A stretch of 63,248 nt of DNA, filler included, from Neolecta irregularis DAH-3 (Eukaryota): NCBI GenBank assembly GCA_001929475.1. It is 7 parts of 7 records of this genome, joined end to end, with 100 filler letters (N's around TTAATTAATTAA, not from the genome) between each part and the next. Parts side by side here need not be neighbours in the genome. Positions count along the whole stretch, not along the records: positions 1 to 30,911 come from LXFE01004103.1; 6 more parts are not named here. One strand, given 5' to 3'. A program made the position numbers and the translations under genes. Position 1 is the first letter of the stretch. The number at the start of each line of letters is the position of its first letter. The notes below the pieces were generated by a model, which searched no databases, was not told the DNA's origin, and worked only from the letters and a program-made list of their open reading frames with translations. Shown piece after piece: positions 13,682 through 27,125 of this stretch.

Positions 13682-15194
13682 TCATTCTGAGAATGAGTCA
13701 TTCCCAATATCTGGTTCAATGTTGTGACCCAGGACCGGTACAGGTTTGCTTTCAAGAATATCGAGGCTCTGACCGCCTATTAAATCAACGTTCACAGTTC
13801 GAAGCGCTTCTACCGCCCATCGAGGATATTTACACATTCGACCCTCATAGAGCGTACTGAAAAAATCTCGAAGATACTGCGGGAACCGATCTTGAATGAT
13901 AGCTTTACGTGCCTCTCGCATAAGATAAAACTGGTAATGGAGATTATGTAACGTAAGTAAATGAGCGCCAACTTGAAAATCATCAGTTCCGCATAAAGGT
14001 ATAGCGTACCAGTCTCCTTTCCAGCTAGATGGTATACATATGCGCGTGTGATTTTCCAACCATTCTTCGCGCAGCAAGGGCAAGTACATTCCGAGTCGAT
14101 GGGCCTAAAATCTGATGCATATTGCCGATTTTTAAGATTGAGAACCCCTTTGGGCGTCAGAGCGTTTCCGAACCGCTGAGAAAGTGAGTAAGCAAATCTA
14201 AATGGGAGATGCATACTGCCGTCCGAGTCGGATATACACAGTCGAACATGTCAGCCCCAAGGGCCACAGATACCATTAGATCTTCAGCATATCCCTAAAG
14301 CAATGAGAAAGCGCCAGGAGTTATATCATCTACCACTCCCATCACATAGCGAGGCTTATGTTTTGGTAGTAAATCCGTGCATAGAGATACACTAGGCATA
14401 AGATGTTAACCGTGTTCCAGAGAGCATACATTTTGCAGTATTGCGGCTTCTCTTCTCCTCCAGAAAGGCCACCGATAGCAATGCCGGGTGTATCACGTTC
14501 GACCATTTTTTCACAACAGAGTCGTCTCAACCTTTCGTCTAAACCACCTTGTATAATCGCAAATAGAGCTTGCGTCTCCGGTTTTTTATGAGCCTTGATA
14601 CATCGATCCAACCATCTGACACTTCTGAGCATGGCCTGAAGTGTTAGGATGTCGCCTCTGCGATATATGCCTCTTCTATTCTTGGTCCTGTGGTGAGAGT
14701 GCTTACCACGTCGTCTAATTGCATTATGATATCCGAACCAATGCTATTTTGTAGATTCATAGAATGTTCCGGAGTAAGTAACATGGGTGACCCATCGTGA
14801 GGACTTAGAAAGCGGACTCCTTCCTCCATTATATGAGCCAGTTTCAGTAACGAAACCATCTGAAAGCCTCCAGAGTCTGTTAGAATTGAATGCGCCCAGC
14901 CCTGAAAGCTATGTGCTCCACCCACCGCGTCAAGGACCTCCTGGCCTGGCTTGAGGCCTAGATGGTAGGTATTGTTCAACATTAAACGACATCCTAAATC
15001 TGAGAGTTGATCGGGGCTGATTCCTTTCAAAGAAGCCTAAAGGGTGAGGAGAAATTATAGAGAGTTATTACTTGTGTACCCACCGGCATGAACACGGGCA
15101 GTTCAACTGTACTGTGTCGTAATTTCATCAACGAAGCTCTGGCTTTCGTAGTCGAACATATTGCTACAAGTTTGAAAGATAACGGTCGGTCCAT
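13682..15194 (-). CDS. tgt: Queuine tRNA-ribosyltransferase catalytic subunit (QTRT1), multi-exon
   Basis: [67 protein letters not shown]. Confidence 0.96.
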
Positions 15195-15500
15195 CTGTCT
15201 ATCTTCTATTAAACCTCAGTGCAGAAGTCTCTTGGAGGTTTCCGGGAAAATCAGAGACATTTCATGAGCCGACAAAAAAAGAAAAGATGAAAAATGATAC
15301 AATCTAGCACATCTCCCTTAGTCTTACTTCTTTCGTATTAGTAGGCTCCTCCTATAGTAAGTTTATCAATCTTACGTAAAATTTCCCAAAAGCAATCGTA
15401 AAATCCCAGGTTTCCCCGCACACGACTCTCCACGATCTTTCACTTTGTGTAAGCCCACGTCCTCAATCGCCTTAGTTTCCCTACTCAAAACTCATTGAAC

Positions 15501-16520
15501 ATGTGGAGCCATCACTCCCATTCTGGTCAGTATTGTCAGCATGCCCAGGATAGTCTCGAAGATATTGTACTGGAAGCTATTCGCATGGGATTCACCAAGT
15601 TCGCTTTGACAGAGCACATGCATCGACAAGATGAAGCAGATCTTTATCCTGAAGAGCTAGAGCTATGCAACAATCTCTTGCTTCATATCTCATCGATTTA
15701 GAAAGGCATCACTATCGATGATCTTGAACGGCAGTTCACAGCTTACTTCGTTCATGCACATGGTATTAAATCGAGATATAAGAATAAAATCGAAATTTTC
15801 GTCGGATTTGAGATTGATTACATTCGGCCAGAGTCACTCGACTTCATCAAGCTGACTATCAAGAAATTTCGTCCTGATTTCATTGTCGGCTCGATACATC
15901 ATGTCGAAGGTATTCCAATCGACTTCAATCAAGAATTATGGACAAGAGCTAGGGAAAAAGCTGGCGGATCGGAAGAGATCCTATACGCACATTACTTTGA
16001 TGATCAATTTTCTATGCTGCAAGAATTAAGACCAGCTGTTGTGGGTCATTTTGATTTGATTCGACTTTTCGCTCCCAATTCAAAAATCGATTTCCAACAA
16101 TGGCCAGTTGTCTGGGAGAAGATTATTAGGAACATTTCGTTCATATCTGATTATGGAGGCTTAGTTGAGATCAACTCGTCTTCTCTAAGGAAAGATTGGG
16201 ATGAGCCTTATCCACGTAGAGATATTGCTCAGGTAAATCATAATAGTCTCACTTTGATAACATTCAAGCTGATCATTTCATGCCAAGGACGGTTTACTTT
16301 ATCGGATGATAGCCATAGTATTGCTCAAGTTGGTCTCAATTACCACAAAGTAAGAGATTATGTTCAGAGTCTTGGAATAAGCGAACTATATTGTTTGAAT
16401 ACAGATGCAGATGGAGAATTGGAAAAGAAAAGGGTGTTTCTGTCAGAGTTATGGTGGGCAAATGACTTTTGGACAGAAACAAAGATCAAGTCCATGAGTG
16501 TAAGCGATCCTGCAAGATAA
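15501..16520 (+). CDS. HIS2: Histidinol-phosphatase, PHP family
   Basis: SHHSHSGQYC, LTEHM, VGSIHH, VVGHFDLIRL, EINSS, LSDDSH; first intron donor is atypical (see findings). Confidence 0.92.
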
Positions 16521-16620
16521 GCGTTAGGGATATGGTATTTATCGATTCTGCTAGGGTCCTACAACATTGACGATATGATTCTTACGTATACAAAAGCACG
16601 GGCAAAATAACTGCCAGATC

Positions 16621-17516
16621 TCATACTCCCACGTAATGTTTAATGAACGCCAAGTATCCTTCCACCGAGTCATCGTCAAGAAGTGGCTCATGCAGTCGAA
16701 TTCGGATACCTACAAACCGATACTGTATTGCCTGAATATCCCGTCTTGTGAGATCGTCGATTCCACGAACATCAAGCCACTTGAGAGAAGATAAGTCTTC
16801 CTTCAACTCAGTCAGCCAGCTTCCACGAACACTGAATAGCCAGCTGATGTTTAAGCTTTCAAGAGTAGATGGTAGCTGTCCTTGCAGGAAAGTTTGCATT
16901 CCTCTTAACGATAGATTATAACATGAGGCGATGTTGAGATGGTGCAAATTTATCACACCTTCGAACATGATTAAAGCTTCATCTCTGATACCTGTTCTTG
17001 CAACGTTGATAGATGTCAATGTATCCCGGTGACATTCGATGAGTGCGGATATAGCCCTCGAACCAACGTGAAAGTTGGATGACAGATCTACCACGCATAA
17101 TCTCCGAAACGACGAAAATACTTCAAAATAAAGATTTTCGGACACCGCCTGGCAGTTTGAGAGTACCAACGTAGAGATAGTATCGAAAGGATCGGTATTG
17201 TTTAGGATCTCTGACAATATATCGAATCTATCGACAGTCAGGGACCTTGCCTGCCGCAGACGATTAAGGAGTAAATGAGGCGCTGGTCCCGATAACGAAT
17301 AAACAGAAAAGTCAATGTCTTTCCAAAAGATCGGTAGATAGGCTATTTCTTTCCACTTGACTCTAATCAGGGACAACACCTAGAGAAGAGGCCCCTTACC
17401 GACTTTGTGACCTGGGCCGAGTTTACAAGCGAACTATTGGGGAGAAACGAGAAGATATGGCTTACAAGCTCGATAGGAAGCCGCGATATTCCCGTCGTAT
17501 TGGGCTCCAACCTCAT
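16621..17516 (-). CDS. F-box/leucine-rich-repeat protein
   Basis: F-box LPIELVSHIFSFLP in exon 1; Cys-type LRRs (LVLSNC, LNIASCYNLS, LESLNISW). Confidence 0.8.
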
Positions 17517-17741
17517 CGTAAGTGATCATACAGATCGGAGATGTTAGTGGCCGCTTGCGGAAACCAAAACCACGTGGGGAATGGTTGCTATCGAAGATAA
17601 GTGATCTGTTCTATCAACAATATTCAAATGGTGTTTTATGTATGGCCAATGCAATTTGTGTCTTTGTGATGATGTAACGACTAATATGTGCCTGCGGATC
17701 TGGTATGAACCTTAGTCCGCCACTTCGTCTTTTTTAGGACA

Positions 17742-19939
17742 ATGTCTCCCGCTCACGATCACTTTCAGCATATCGAGCGACAGCAGAAAAAGAAACGGAA
17801 TCGCGCAGCAGTATCGTGTGTTCGTAAGCAGAACCCCTTTATTAGAACGTTGGACTTGTAACACAATAGCATGTCGAAACCGGAAAATCAAATGCAGTCG
17901 TCAGCAGCCTTGCGAGTCTTGCACAGGCAGAGGGCATCCAGATGAATGCATATTCAAGAAAACAGATTCGGCGGCAGAGGTTACTCGCGACGACATTAAC
18001 ATCATTTTGTTGAAGCGGGTCGAAAATTTGGAGGGTCTGCTGAGAGTCATATACAAACAAAATCCCCCTCAATCCAATTTCCCCCCGGTTCCACAGCAAT
18101 GTTTCGGAGACCAACCCAACACTACAACTACAGAGACTCCAACCAATGACGAACCCGGAAACCTGGAAGTTACGCTAGGATTATTGGCGGTGCACGAAGA
18201 GCGATCGCACTATTTGGGTCCGACCTCGGCAATGGCAATTTTCACAGAAATCGAGTCTTTGAAAGAAGTTATTAAACAGTCAGAGAAAGTTTCTCCCAGC
18301 ACGTGTGCATCTGACGATTACAGCGAAGAAAAATCTCCAGACGACATTGCAAACTCCATGCTCCTTGCGCCATTATTTAATCAAACTAAACCAGACAAAA
18401 GCTTTCTTCTCTTGCTTATTCCCCCTCGCGAGGATACAGATGCTATAGTCCAGCATTTTATGCAATATCTTCAACCGTTGTTCCATTTGTTGCATACCCC
18501 AACGTTCATGCAAGAATATGCCCACTTTTGGCAGAATATGGATGCGTCCTTCGAATGGCTCAGTCTCTTTTTCAGTGTAATGATTCTTGGAACTCACTGT
18601 CTCCCTGAACGGTCCCCGGTTTTCTTGTCACTCAGCAGTCGGGAAGACCTCATTGAGAGATTTTACAAGGCTACCGAAAGTGCGTTGATCATGTCAAAAT
18701 ATCTGGTTAAGGCTACGATGACCACAATCCAGACCCTTTTACTCATATTCATTGCAAATGAAACCAGGGCCGCTGCGAAACAGAATTGGGCCTTGTTGGG
18801 CGCTGTACTTCGTTTGTCACAGCAGATCGGACTACATCGAGATCCAAGTCTTTTCAACCTACCGCTCCTTGAATCCGAAATGCGTCGACGTACATGGGCC
18901 TCTGTACTATTATTTAATCGATGGTGTGCCTCTCGCACAGGTGTTCTTCTTGATATCTCAGAAACAATGAGCGATACTCGTCTTCCTATGGATCTCAATG
19001 ACACGGATCTGATATCAGGAATACCAATATGCCAGTCCAAATCAACTGATATGAGTTTGTTGCTTGCAAGGGATAGGGTTAGTGTTAAATTGCATCATCT
19101 ACTTTCCGAAGCTTTCGCGATCAAACCTCCACCTTATTTACGAGTCCTTGAAATGGACGATGAGATCCGAGCTGAAGTTCGAACCCTACCGCATTGTTAT
19201 CTCTTTAAGCCTGCGAGCGACCAAGATCAGTCGAGCGTCGTAGTTCTTACCAAGTATGAAATTGAGGCCTTGTGCAACGGAACAATTCTCTTTATTCATA
19301 GACCTTATGCCGTTCGCTCTCGGACACACCCAGAATATATACCTAGTCGACACCGTTGTCACCAAGCTGCTCAATCTCTGCTTAAACTTTTTATTGATTT
19401 CGAAACGAAAATTGCTATATATGAAAACTATCGCTGGTTTATTGAGACATGGTACCGAGTTTATCATTTCCATGGTACTGTCAACTTTTACTGAATGTCT
19501 AACCTATCAAGCTGCTCTAGTTGTGGCTCTTAGTCTTGTCTGGTATCCGAACTCGCCCAACGCCACTGAACTTCGGAATGATCTTTATGCAAGTCTGAAG
19601 ATGTTTAATAAACCATGTTTCAAGTGCGAATGGCATCGCAAAGGTTTCGCAATTCTGCTCGTCTTGTGTCAACGCGGCGGTGTCGATTTCCACCTTAGCG
19701 AAGAAGACTCGCCTCCAAGTGATTCCAAGACCAGAGATATGCCTAGTCTAAGAACAGTTGCGAAAAGTGCTGAAATTGCTGCTAATGCAGATTATCTACA
19801 ACATGGTTCGTTCTCGAGAGGAGACCCTCTACAGACCGATATGATTCAAGGGTTTGATTGGCAGAATTGGGATACTATGATGCAAAGCTTGGATGCATCA
19901 CTTGGAGTTGGGTTTACCGATGGAATGTCTTCTTTTTGA
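17742..19939 (+). CDS. Zn(II)2Cys6 fungal-specific transcription factor
   Basis: RNRAAVSCVPCRNRKIKCSRQQPCESC..C after splicing; IGLHRDP, EMRRRTW middle domain. Confidence 0.92.
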
Positions 19940-20631
19940 TGCCTTGCACAGGGTTGATCGCGTATAAAACAGTGATGGCGGGAGAATTAATTATATCTTG
20001 ATGAAGTCGGAGATATATATTATGGATTATACTTTCTCCGGCTTGACTATCTCTTCCGAATATTGATAACCTTAAACTACGCTTCGGACACAGATTTATT
20101 ATCTGTTGGAAAATGAAAGGTGCTGCCTAATTGGCAGCTTCAAGTTATTAGTGGATTTTGTAAACACTTTTTCAGCGGAGGAACAATCAATAGGTGAACT
20201 ATTTCTGAGTCTTGAATCCAGTTCACAATTCAGTCGTGTTCGAAGCTTAAAAATGACAATGCCGAAATATCTGGGAGAATCTAGCCTCGTCGCCTTCTAA
20301 AACTCCTTTGTATTGTTAGTTTTTCTCTTTCTGCCGATTTCGAGGAAATATATTCATAAAATTTATTGCGGTCCAATATGTCGGTTTCTTCCACTGCCAT
20401 TAAATGTACATAGGACCCCTACGTGCTGCTTTTCAAATCCAATAGTGTTCGATTAAACTGACACCCAGTCGGCCGTCAATTGATTACTGCAGAATAAAAA
20501 TAGATTAGTCAGATTACCGGCTTTTTGATTTCTACCTCACTGATCTGTTTCTCTGGGATCCGAAAAAAATCAGGGCTTGTTTAAAAAGCCGCACGTGTGC
20601 AGCGAGTTGCTAAGAACCCATCTGTAACCGG

Positions 20632-22168
20632 ATGAAAGAAATCTTGACACTGCAATTTGGACAAGCCGCCGGGTTTCTTGGCGCACATTTCTGGAACCAA
20701 CAAGAAAGCCTGTTTTCCTGCGACGAGAACAATGAATCTCCAATTGATTCAGATGTGCACTTCAGAGCTGGAATTGGAGCTGGAGGCATAGAAACATTCA
20801 CACCGCGAGTATTGATATACGATGTAAAAGGTATGCTCATCTTTATTGGGCCATTAGACTGATTTCCTCGACGAGGCGGATTTGGATCTCTTCATCAGAA
20901 TGCTCTTTACGAATCATTAACTCCAGAAATTAATCATGCAGCTTGGTGGGCGCTTTCATCACTTAATAGCGCTGATCTTCAGGGACAGAGAGATTCAGGA
21001 ACAAAAGCAACCGGTTATCGAAACCGAATATGAGAAAATATTAAGAAATGTTTAATTCGCCTTCAAAAGTCAGTCAGTTTACTCCTTAGGAAGTAACTGA
21101 CAGCAACCAACAAACTGTTCCCGTACTATCGAAAGTGGAAACGTGGAACGACTTCAACCGCGTCTATTACCATCCTCGCAGCTTTGTTGAAATCACCGAA
21201 TATGATCTCTACGGCGAACTAGCCGTTCTAAACACGTATGACCAGGGCGCAGATTTGTTCCAGTCGCTGAATAGGGTGCGAGTCATTGATTGAGAATTTT
21301 CCTGATCGTCTGTAGGAATACGATTTATTTGATCATGATCTCCGAAGTTTTCTTGAAGAATGTGATTCTTTACAGGGAATCCAGGTCTTATGCAGTGTTA
21401 TGGATGGCTGGGCCGGGTTTTCAAGTGAGTATCTCATCGAGTTGCGAGATGAATTTCCCAAAACTAGCCTGATATCTTGGGCTATTGAAAACCCCATGAA
21501 TGACTGGGTAAACCATGCCTCCATGCTATATCTTAATCAAGAATAGGAATCTAGCCATTCGTTCATTAGAGCATTGGTTTCGCTTAATGAAACCTCCTCA
21601 TTATATGTGCCATTGGGTATGCCTGCAATACAGAAGGCGGGGTATGATGCCAATTCCCTATGGAATAGATCAGCAGTACTATCACTCGGATATGATTCAA
21701 TTACGCTCCCTACTCGTCTCAAAGCTTCTCAGAGATCTTCGATAAGCGAAATTATTGAATATTTTTCCCCCTCATCACAGCAACGAATTGCTATGCTCAA
21801 TTTGGAGATTGAAAACCATTCATCCGTGATAAATCTTTCTTGGTCTGATCGTACGCCTAAATTATATTCTGTTTTCAGTGTTGCACGGAGCCAATCTCCT
21901 ACAAACACCTATAAGTACGTATTCTATGTTCCATCTCAACCAACGTATCAGTTACCATATTGACATTCCCTACAAGCTATTGTCGAGTTTTCCTTCGTCC
22001 CTTGCAGAAGATTCTATGACAAGACCAAACGCTTATCTCTCGGTTGGAACTACACCTATTCAGAAAATGGAATATTTAGTAGAGTTAGCCCGACGCAAGA
22101 CTTTTGGAATCAAAAGAGAGGAACTTGTCGACCGTCTCGAGTCAATAAAAGAAGCGTATGAATCGTAG
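20632..22168 (+). CDS. DML1: Misato/Dml1 tubulin-like protein, multi-exon
   Basis: [59 protein letters not shown]. Confidence 0.92.
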
Positions 22169-22305
22169 AACATTCCCATTTAATTCATTCACCCGATTTC
22201 GTATACATATTAAGACTAAAGAGAATCCCCCTAATGTTCTTCAAATTCCGAGTAATAAATATTCTTTTTATGGCCGACTACGAAGTAGTCGGAAAAACAA
22301 CCTCA

Positions 22306-23487
22306 TTACCGAAAAACTTCTCTTGCAAGCTTTGAAGCACTCTTAATATTAAAAGTTTTCGAGTTCCATCGAAGCAAATCGAAGAAGTCTCTAGATGTAG
22401 GGAAAACAGCAATTCGTTCCACGATCTTGATATATTCTGGCAACTGAAAATCAGTCAAGCCGCCGTTGGGATCATTACATCCACAGGAGAATTCTTTACG
22501 AAAACTCCCGCCTTGTCTATGTTATCGTATAAGATCATCATCATCGTCAGAGAGAACAAAACTAAACTCTCGATCTCAGACGGTGGCATGCACCTCCTTA
22601 TTGTCGGACGATCGGAATTCTCATTACTATTCCCGATTTGCGTAAAGACGGTATAACCACTGTGAATCATGGCAAGGACTGTGGTAATTCGGGTTTCTAT
22701 TCGACCTTCAGAAGAACGCACAAAGGCTGTACAGAGACCATTCGCCATGCTTGTCGATTAGCTGGGACATTCTGCAAGCTGTCTTACGGAGATCGATGTG
22801 CGATAAATTGCGATAGCTTATCTGTTCTCTGAAACTCATCGTGGGGAATGTCTTTCTGCGACCTTCAGCCAGCGAACTACGACAGTCATTATCATACCAA
22901 TAAATTCAAGCGCAACATTCTTCTATATATGGCCAATATATTTTGCATCTCTGGCTTGCGTAGCTGTGTCGTTAGCACTGCAATTACTGTAGCTAACTTT
23001 TATCAAATCGAATTTCAGTGCATCATAACATCCTTTCCCGATTTCAAAATGTAATGAATGTCGCTCGTAGCTATTCCATGGTAGATCTACAACGGAATCG
23101 AACGTGCCACAGATTGCTGCATCTATCTAATTAGTCAGCAAACTACAACGAGCAAATACTTAATTGCTCAGAAAACTCGTAATAATGCTTTAGAAGCTGT
23201 ATTGCAGGTTCGATATCCTTTCTAGCATTTTCTGAATCACAAGGAAGGCCTGATGCTATGGCTGTACGAATAGCCTCTCCAGAAACTCCAAAAGTCTCTG
23301 CAGTTGCGAGAATCTCGTCTTCCCAGATCCGAATTAGTTGAAACTCGGGTGCAGGTGTGAGATGCTTGATTGCTATCAAGATCAGCATTTTTCCATGAAA
23401 CCACCAACTTCTTTCGTCGATATAGGCTCCTTCTAATTTGGAGATCCTGAAATTCTTCTGGTCGTTTTTTGAGACATTAATGCCCAT
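22306..23487 (-). CDS. FAM49/CYRI (CYFIP-related Rac1 interactor, DUF1394) homologue, divergent copy
   Basis: Spliced: MGINVSK..AIRTAI..LKHYYEFSEQL..ALKFDLIKLRKPEMQNILAIYRRML..MILYDNIDKAGVFVKNSPVD..LLRWNSKTFN; collinear with animal FAM49 motifs. Confidence 0.82.
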
Positions 23488-24223
23488 TCGACCTATCCAC
23501 ACAGCAGGATGTTTGAACGCTGACGACAGAACAGATTGGCTGTGATGTGGAATACCGCGCTCAGAGGTTCCTTTGGTGCAAGGCAAGTCCTTCATATAGA
23601 TGCTATGGCCCCCGAAACGTGATAAGTCTGGAGAGCAATGATACGAGTAGGCTCCTACTTAAATTAGCCCCGTTCGTCTCAGTTCAAAGGAAACAAAATT
23701 ACGAGTGCGCGAACCACAAATCTCTAGATTTGGCGATTGCAAAGCTGGATCTCATTCTCCTTCCATGCTCCATTCCCCTCTATTGAACAAGTAAGACGCA
23801 TTTGAGAGTTCGATATCCCTGATGGAGGGGTTATCGATGACAAATCCGGGTGCTGTCCAAGCAATATCATCAGACTTGTAAGTAACCCATATCTGCTTGC
23901 AGTATAGTCCTGAAACCTCATTAATGCAAGGAGTGTACTAGTGAATGCAAATAATAGTTGCGAATTCCAAACAAATAGAAAATAGAAAGCCCCTATGTTT
24001 CATATCTCAAACCAAGACTCTGGGTGAATAACTCATTGATAAAACCAACCCTGATGCAAATGCAAGTTTCTTTGTATATTCCAAGACAATATCGTACGGC
24101 GAGACCCGGGTAAAACAAAAGAATTAAACAAATTTTAGAAAATTCCAAACCCAAACTGAAAAAGAATGAACTCCTCATGACGTTGCCACCCAAGAAGAAC
24201 ACAGTAGGGATAGTCTTTTACAT

Positions 24224-25448
24224 TCATCGATTGAACCCGGCTTTAATCGTCTTTGATGTTGATTCGTCATTCAGATGTTTTGAGTTGTATTTGACAACCA
24301 ACGCCAGCTCATCTCCCTCCGGCTTTTCGGTTAACTCATTTATCAATTTAAGATAGTGCCGGACCTGCATGGACAGTTAGTGCTGTTACACGAGTGATAA
24401 CGCACGTTTATTGGAGCATGTTTAGAGAATGAACCATCAGTGTCAATGTGGTCGTACAGTACAATGAAGCCAGTAAGTGCACGTAAAACTATGCTACTGA
24501 GTTCCGCAGGTCTCTAGTTAGACTGATGTTTGTCAGTTGAATGCATACACTGGCTTCGCAAGTAACGCAAATGCACCATCAATGAATGACAACATTGTAA
24601 GCGAGAGTGTGTCCAAGTTGGGTTGGGGAGGTGCATCCTTGATGCTGACTATGCTGTCTCGTAATGTTTCAAGCATTCTATAGGTTATTCGGATATATGT
24701 AATGACGTACGGGTAACGACGACCGATAAACATAGATAGCTGGTTGGCCGAGTCATGGCTATGGGCTAAGAGCGAGTCCTATGTCTTTAACGTAGATAGC
24801 AGCGGGAAAATACCAAGGGAAAGTCACTGCTCCGACTAATTGCTCGTCTATAAAATGATAAATCGTTCTGCATACTCGGTGTTTTTATCTGGAATTGAGT
24901 CAGGAATCCGGGTGATAGATATACCTTAGTACAATCAAATCGAATTGCATCTGCGACCATTCTCCCTACTTCGTACTGTATATTATGTCGTTCGTGATTA
25001 TCCTTAGGCAATGCTGCAACTTTCAAAAGGGCATCTCGAGCAGCGTCGTCTTGTCAATTAGTTTTTGCATTAGTGATCCATGCATGCTCATTTGCTGACT
25101 AAAGTTATAATATTCCTTCAATTTCTGGACGCAAGGCTCCACGTTTTCCCACGCCGCTTTGAAAGTCTGATCACTTTCGTTCGAAATAGCTTGTCGGATA
25201 AGCTCAGCGCACCCTGTATAACTTTCCAGCGACGAGAGAATTTCAGGGGACCAGTTCCGGATGGTTTGAAACTCTTTGGGCGTTGTGAACAAATTATGCT
25301 CGTCTATTTATACGTCAGAAGCTATACGTCCAGGGGGTGTCGAGAGCGCACTTCGAACATCGTAACTTTCCAGATGAACCGCAAAACTCTCGGCACCGGG
25401 CCTTAGAGACGGCCTGCGATTGAAGATTTGCGATATTACAGCACCCAT
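24224..25448 (-). CDS. FAM49/CYRI homologue, more conserved copy
   Basis: Spliced: MGAVISQ..ILSSLESYTGCAELIRQAIS..AWENVEPCVQKLKEYYNFSQ..IRFDCTKIKTPSMQNDLSFYRRAISR..VKYNSKHLNDESTSKTIK; matches FAM49 motifs QNDFSYYRR and YTTKHLNDETTSK. Confidence 0.9.
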
Positions 25449-25744
25449 TGGAAATGAATGACGAAGAATGAAAGACAAGGCAGGACGAATAATGGAGTTT
25501 GGAGGTTGGGTTTGCGGCTGTTTGCGCCGAATATCAAATGGGTTCGTAAGACTCAGGTCTGATTGTTTGTCGGTGCTTAGTCTAATCATCGTCCAATTGC
25601 ATTTGGTTTAGGAGAAGATATTAGATTTAATCGGAAAGACATGGAAGTGAATAATATCGATAGGTCAATATGGACACCAAAGTCAGTTTACACTAACGAT
25701 AACTTTAACATGGTCGCACGAGGCAAGAAAACCGGCAGACACCA

Positions 25745-26635
25745 TTACTTCCTGCCAGGTCGGAATATGCCGAATATACCTCCAGAGTTGGGCTTTTGCT
25801 GAGGTCGATTATCTATGATATATATACGCCTTTTCAGCTCTGATATCAAGTCAGTTCTCATCCACCAGCGGCAAGAAATACCTGGCACGTCGACGAAGAG
25901 ATATTGATATTGGAGGTTGCCTTCAGAATCCTTGACTGTTAGTTATAAAGTCCTTCAGTCTGTGAAGAGCTACTTGAACCATATCAAGATTGGCAATTCC
26001 AGAAGTTAGTTCTCCTTCAACGTGGTATCTCATGAGAAGATGTTCGCGGTTGGCCTTGTCTAAGGTCTTCTGAGTTCTATACATAAGTTTCATATAAGAT
26101 CCTGATATATAATACGCGAGTGGTCGATTCTTCTGCCAACGTGAGCGGGTTGCTTCCCCGTGCGCAGACAGATCTGATCCAAGTAGAATAAGCACCTATA
26201 AATCAGCGCTAATATCAACAGTTCCTTGATACCTCGGGATGCTTCCTAATAAGATCAAAGGACTTGTTATAAAGGCGCGTTTCACTAGATGGCAACAGCA
26301 CATAGGTAGTGAATGCATATGCAACAACCCCCTTGAAAAATTAACATTAGGACATTTTGTGTTGGTAGAAGACTCACAAACACACCAAGACCAAGCATAA
26401 TGACAGCAGCATTGCTTCCATAACTTCCGGTGCGAATAGCTTTCTGTTTAGTCGTGAGATTATCCCATTTCTGATAAGCCGGGTCAATATTAGACGTAGG
26501 CGCATGTGTTTTTATGGAGCCAATGGTTGGCCTATCTGTAGATGTGTGTAATCTTTTCGGGCTTACTTTTGTCGTACTAGCACATATTTTACATAGCGAT
26601 TTAGCTATCTCGCTACTGTTCGGTCGCAAAGTCAT
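25745..26635 (-). CDS. TIM21: Mitochondrial import inner membrane translocase subunit Tim21
   Basis: WDNLTTKQKAIR plus TM segment, AHGEATRSRW..NRP, EHLLMRYHVEG, YQYLFVDVP. Confidence 0.85.
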
Positions 26636-27125
26636 GGCGGAGACAGGACGTTGTGCTTTTTGCTCCGCCCATTTGGTTCATTGTGCTTCATATTCAGATA
26701 TAGCAGATATCATATTCATTCTAAGAAAATATCTTGGGGAGGGCTGAAATATAGTGCAAGATTTGTCACTTGTGTAGCATTACATATTTGCGAAGATGCC
26801 ATTTTCTCACTCGGGAGCAATAATGAGTACAGACACACTTATTGGCTTTCTTGTATGCATCCTACACTTGGAAACTCCTCTCAGATCTTCCTGAAGGCAA
26901 TCTGGAATGGAACTTTTGATCATCCTACGCGAGATTTTTAGGGTGCCCGATACCCTATTCCTCTGCTTCGATCTTGATGTAACTGTCATACATCCATCAA
27001 AAATTAGGCATCATCCTAAGCCAAGTGACTTCTCAGCTGGTGTTTAAACGATATAAGATACTATGGGCTTCATTATGGAGGCCGGTCTCCGTCTAACTTT
27101 CCTCCACCAACCCCAACATCCCAAA

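Noticed and set aside
13682-16520. Bacterial-looking tgt and PHP-family HIS2 pair as horizontal transfer
   Set aside because: Both are intron-containing ordinary fungal orthologues
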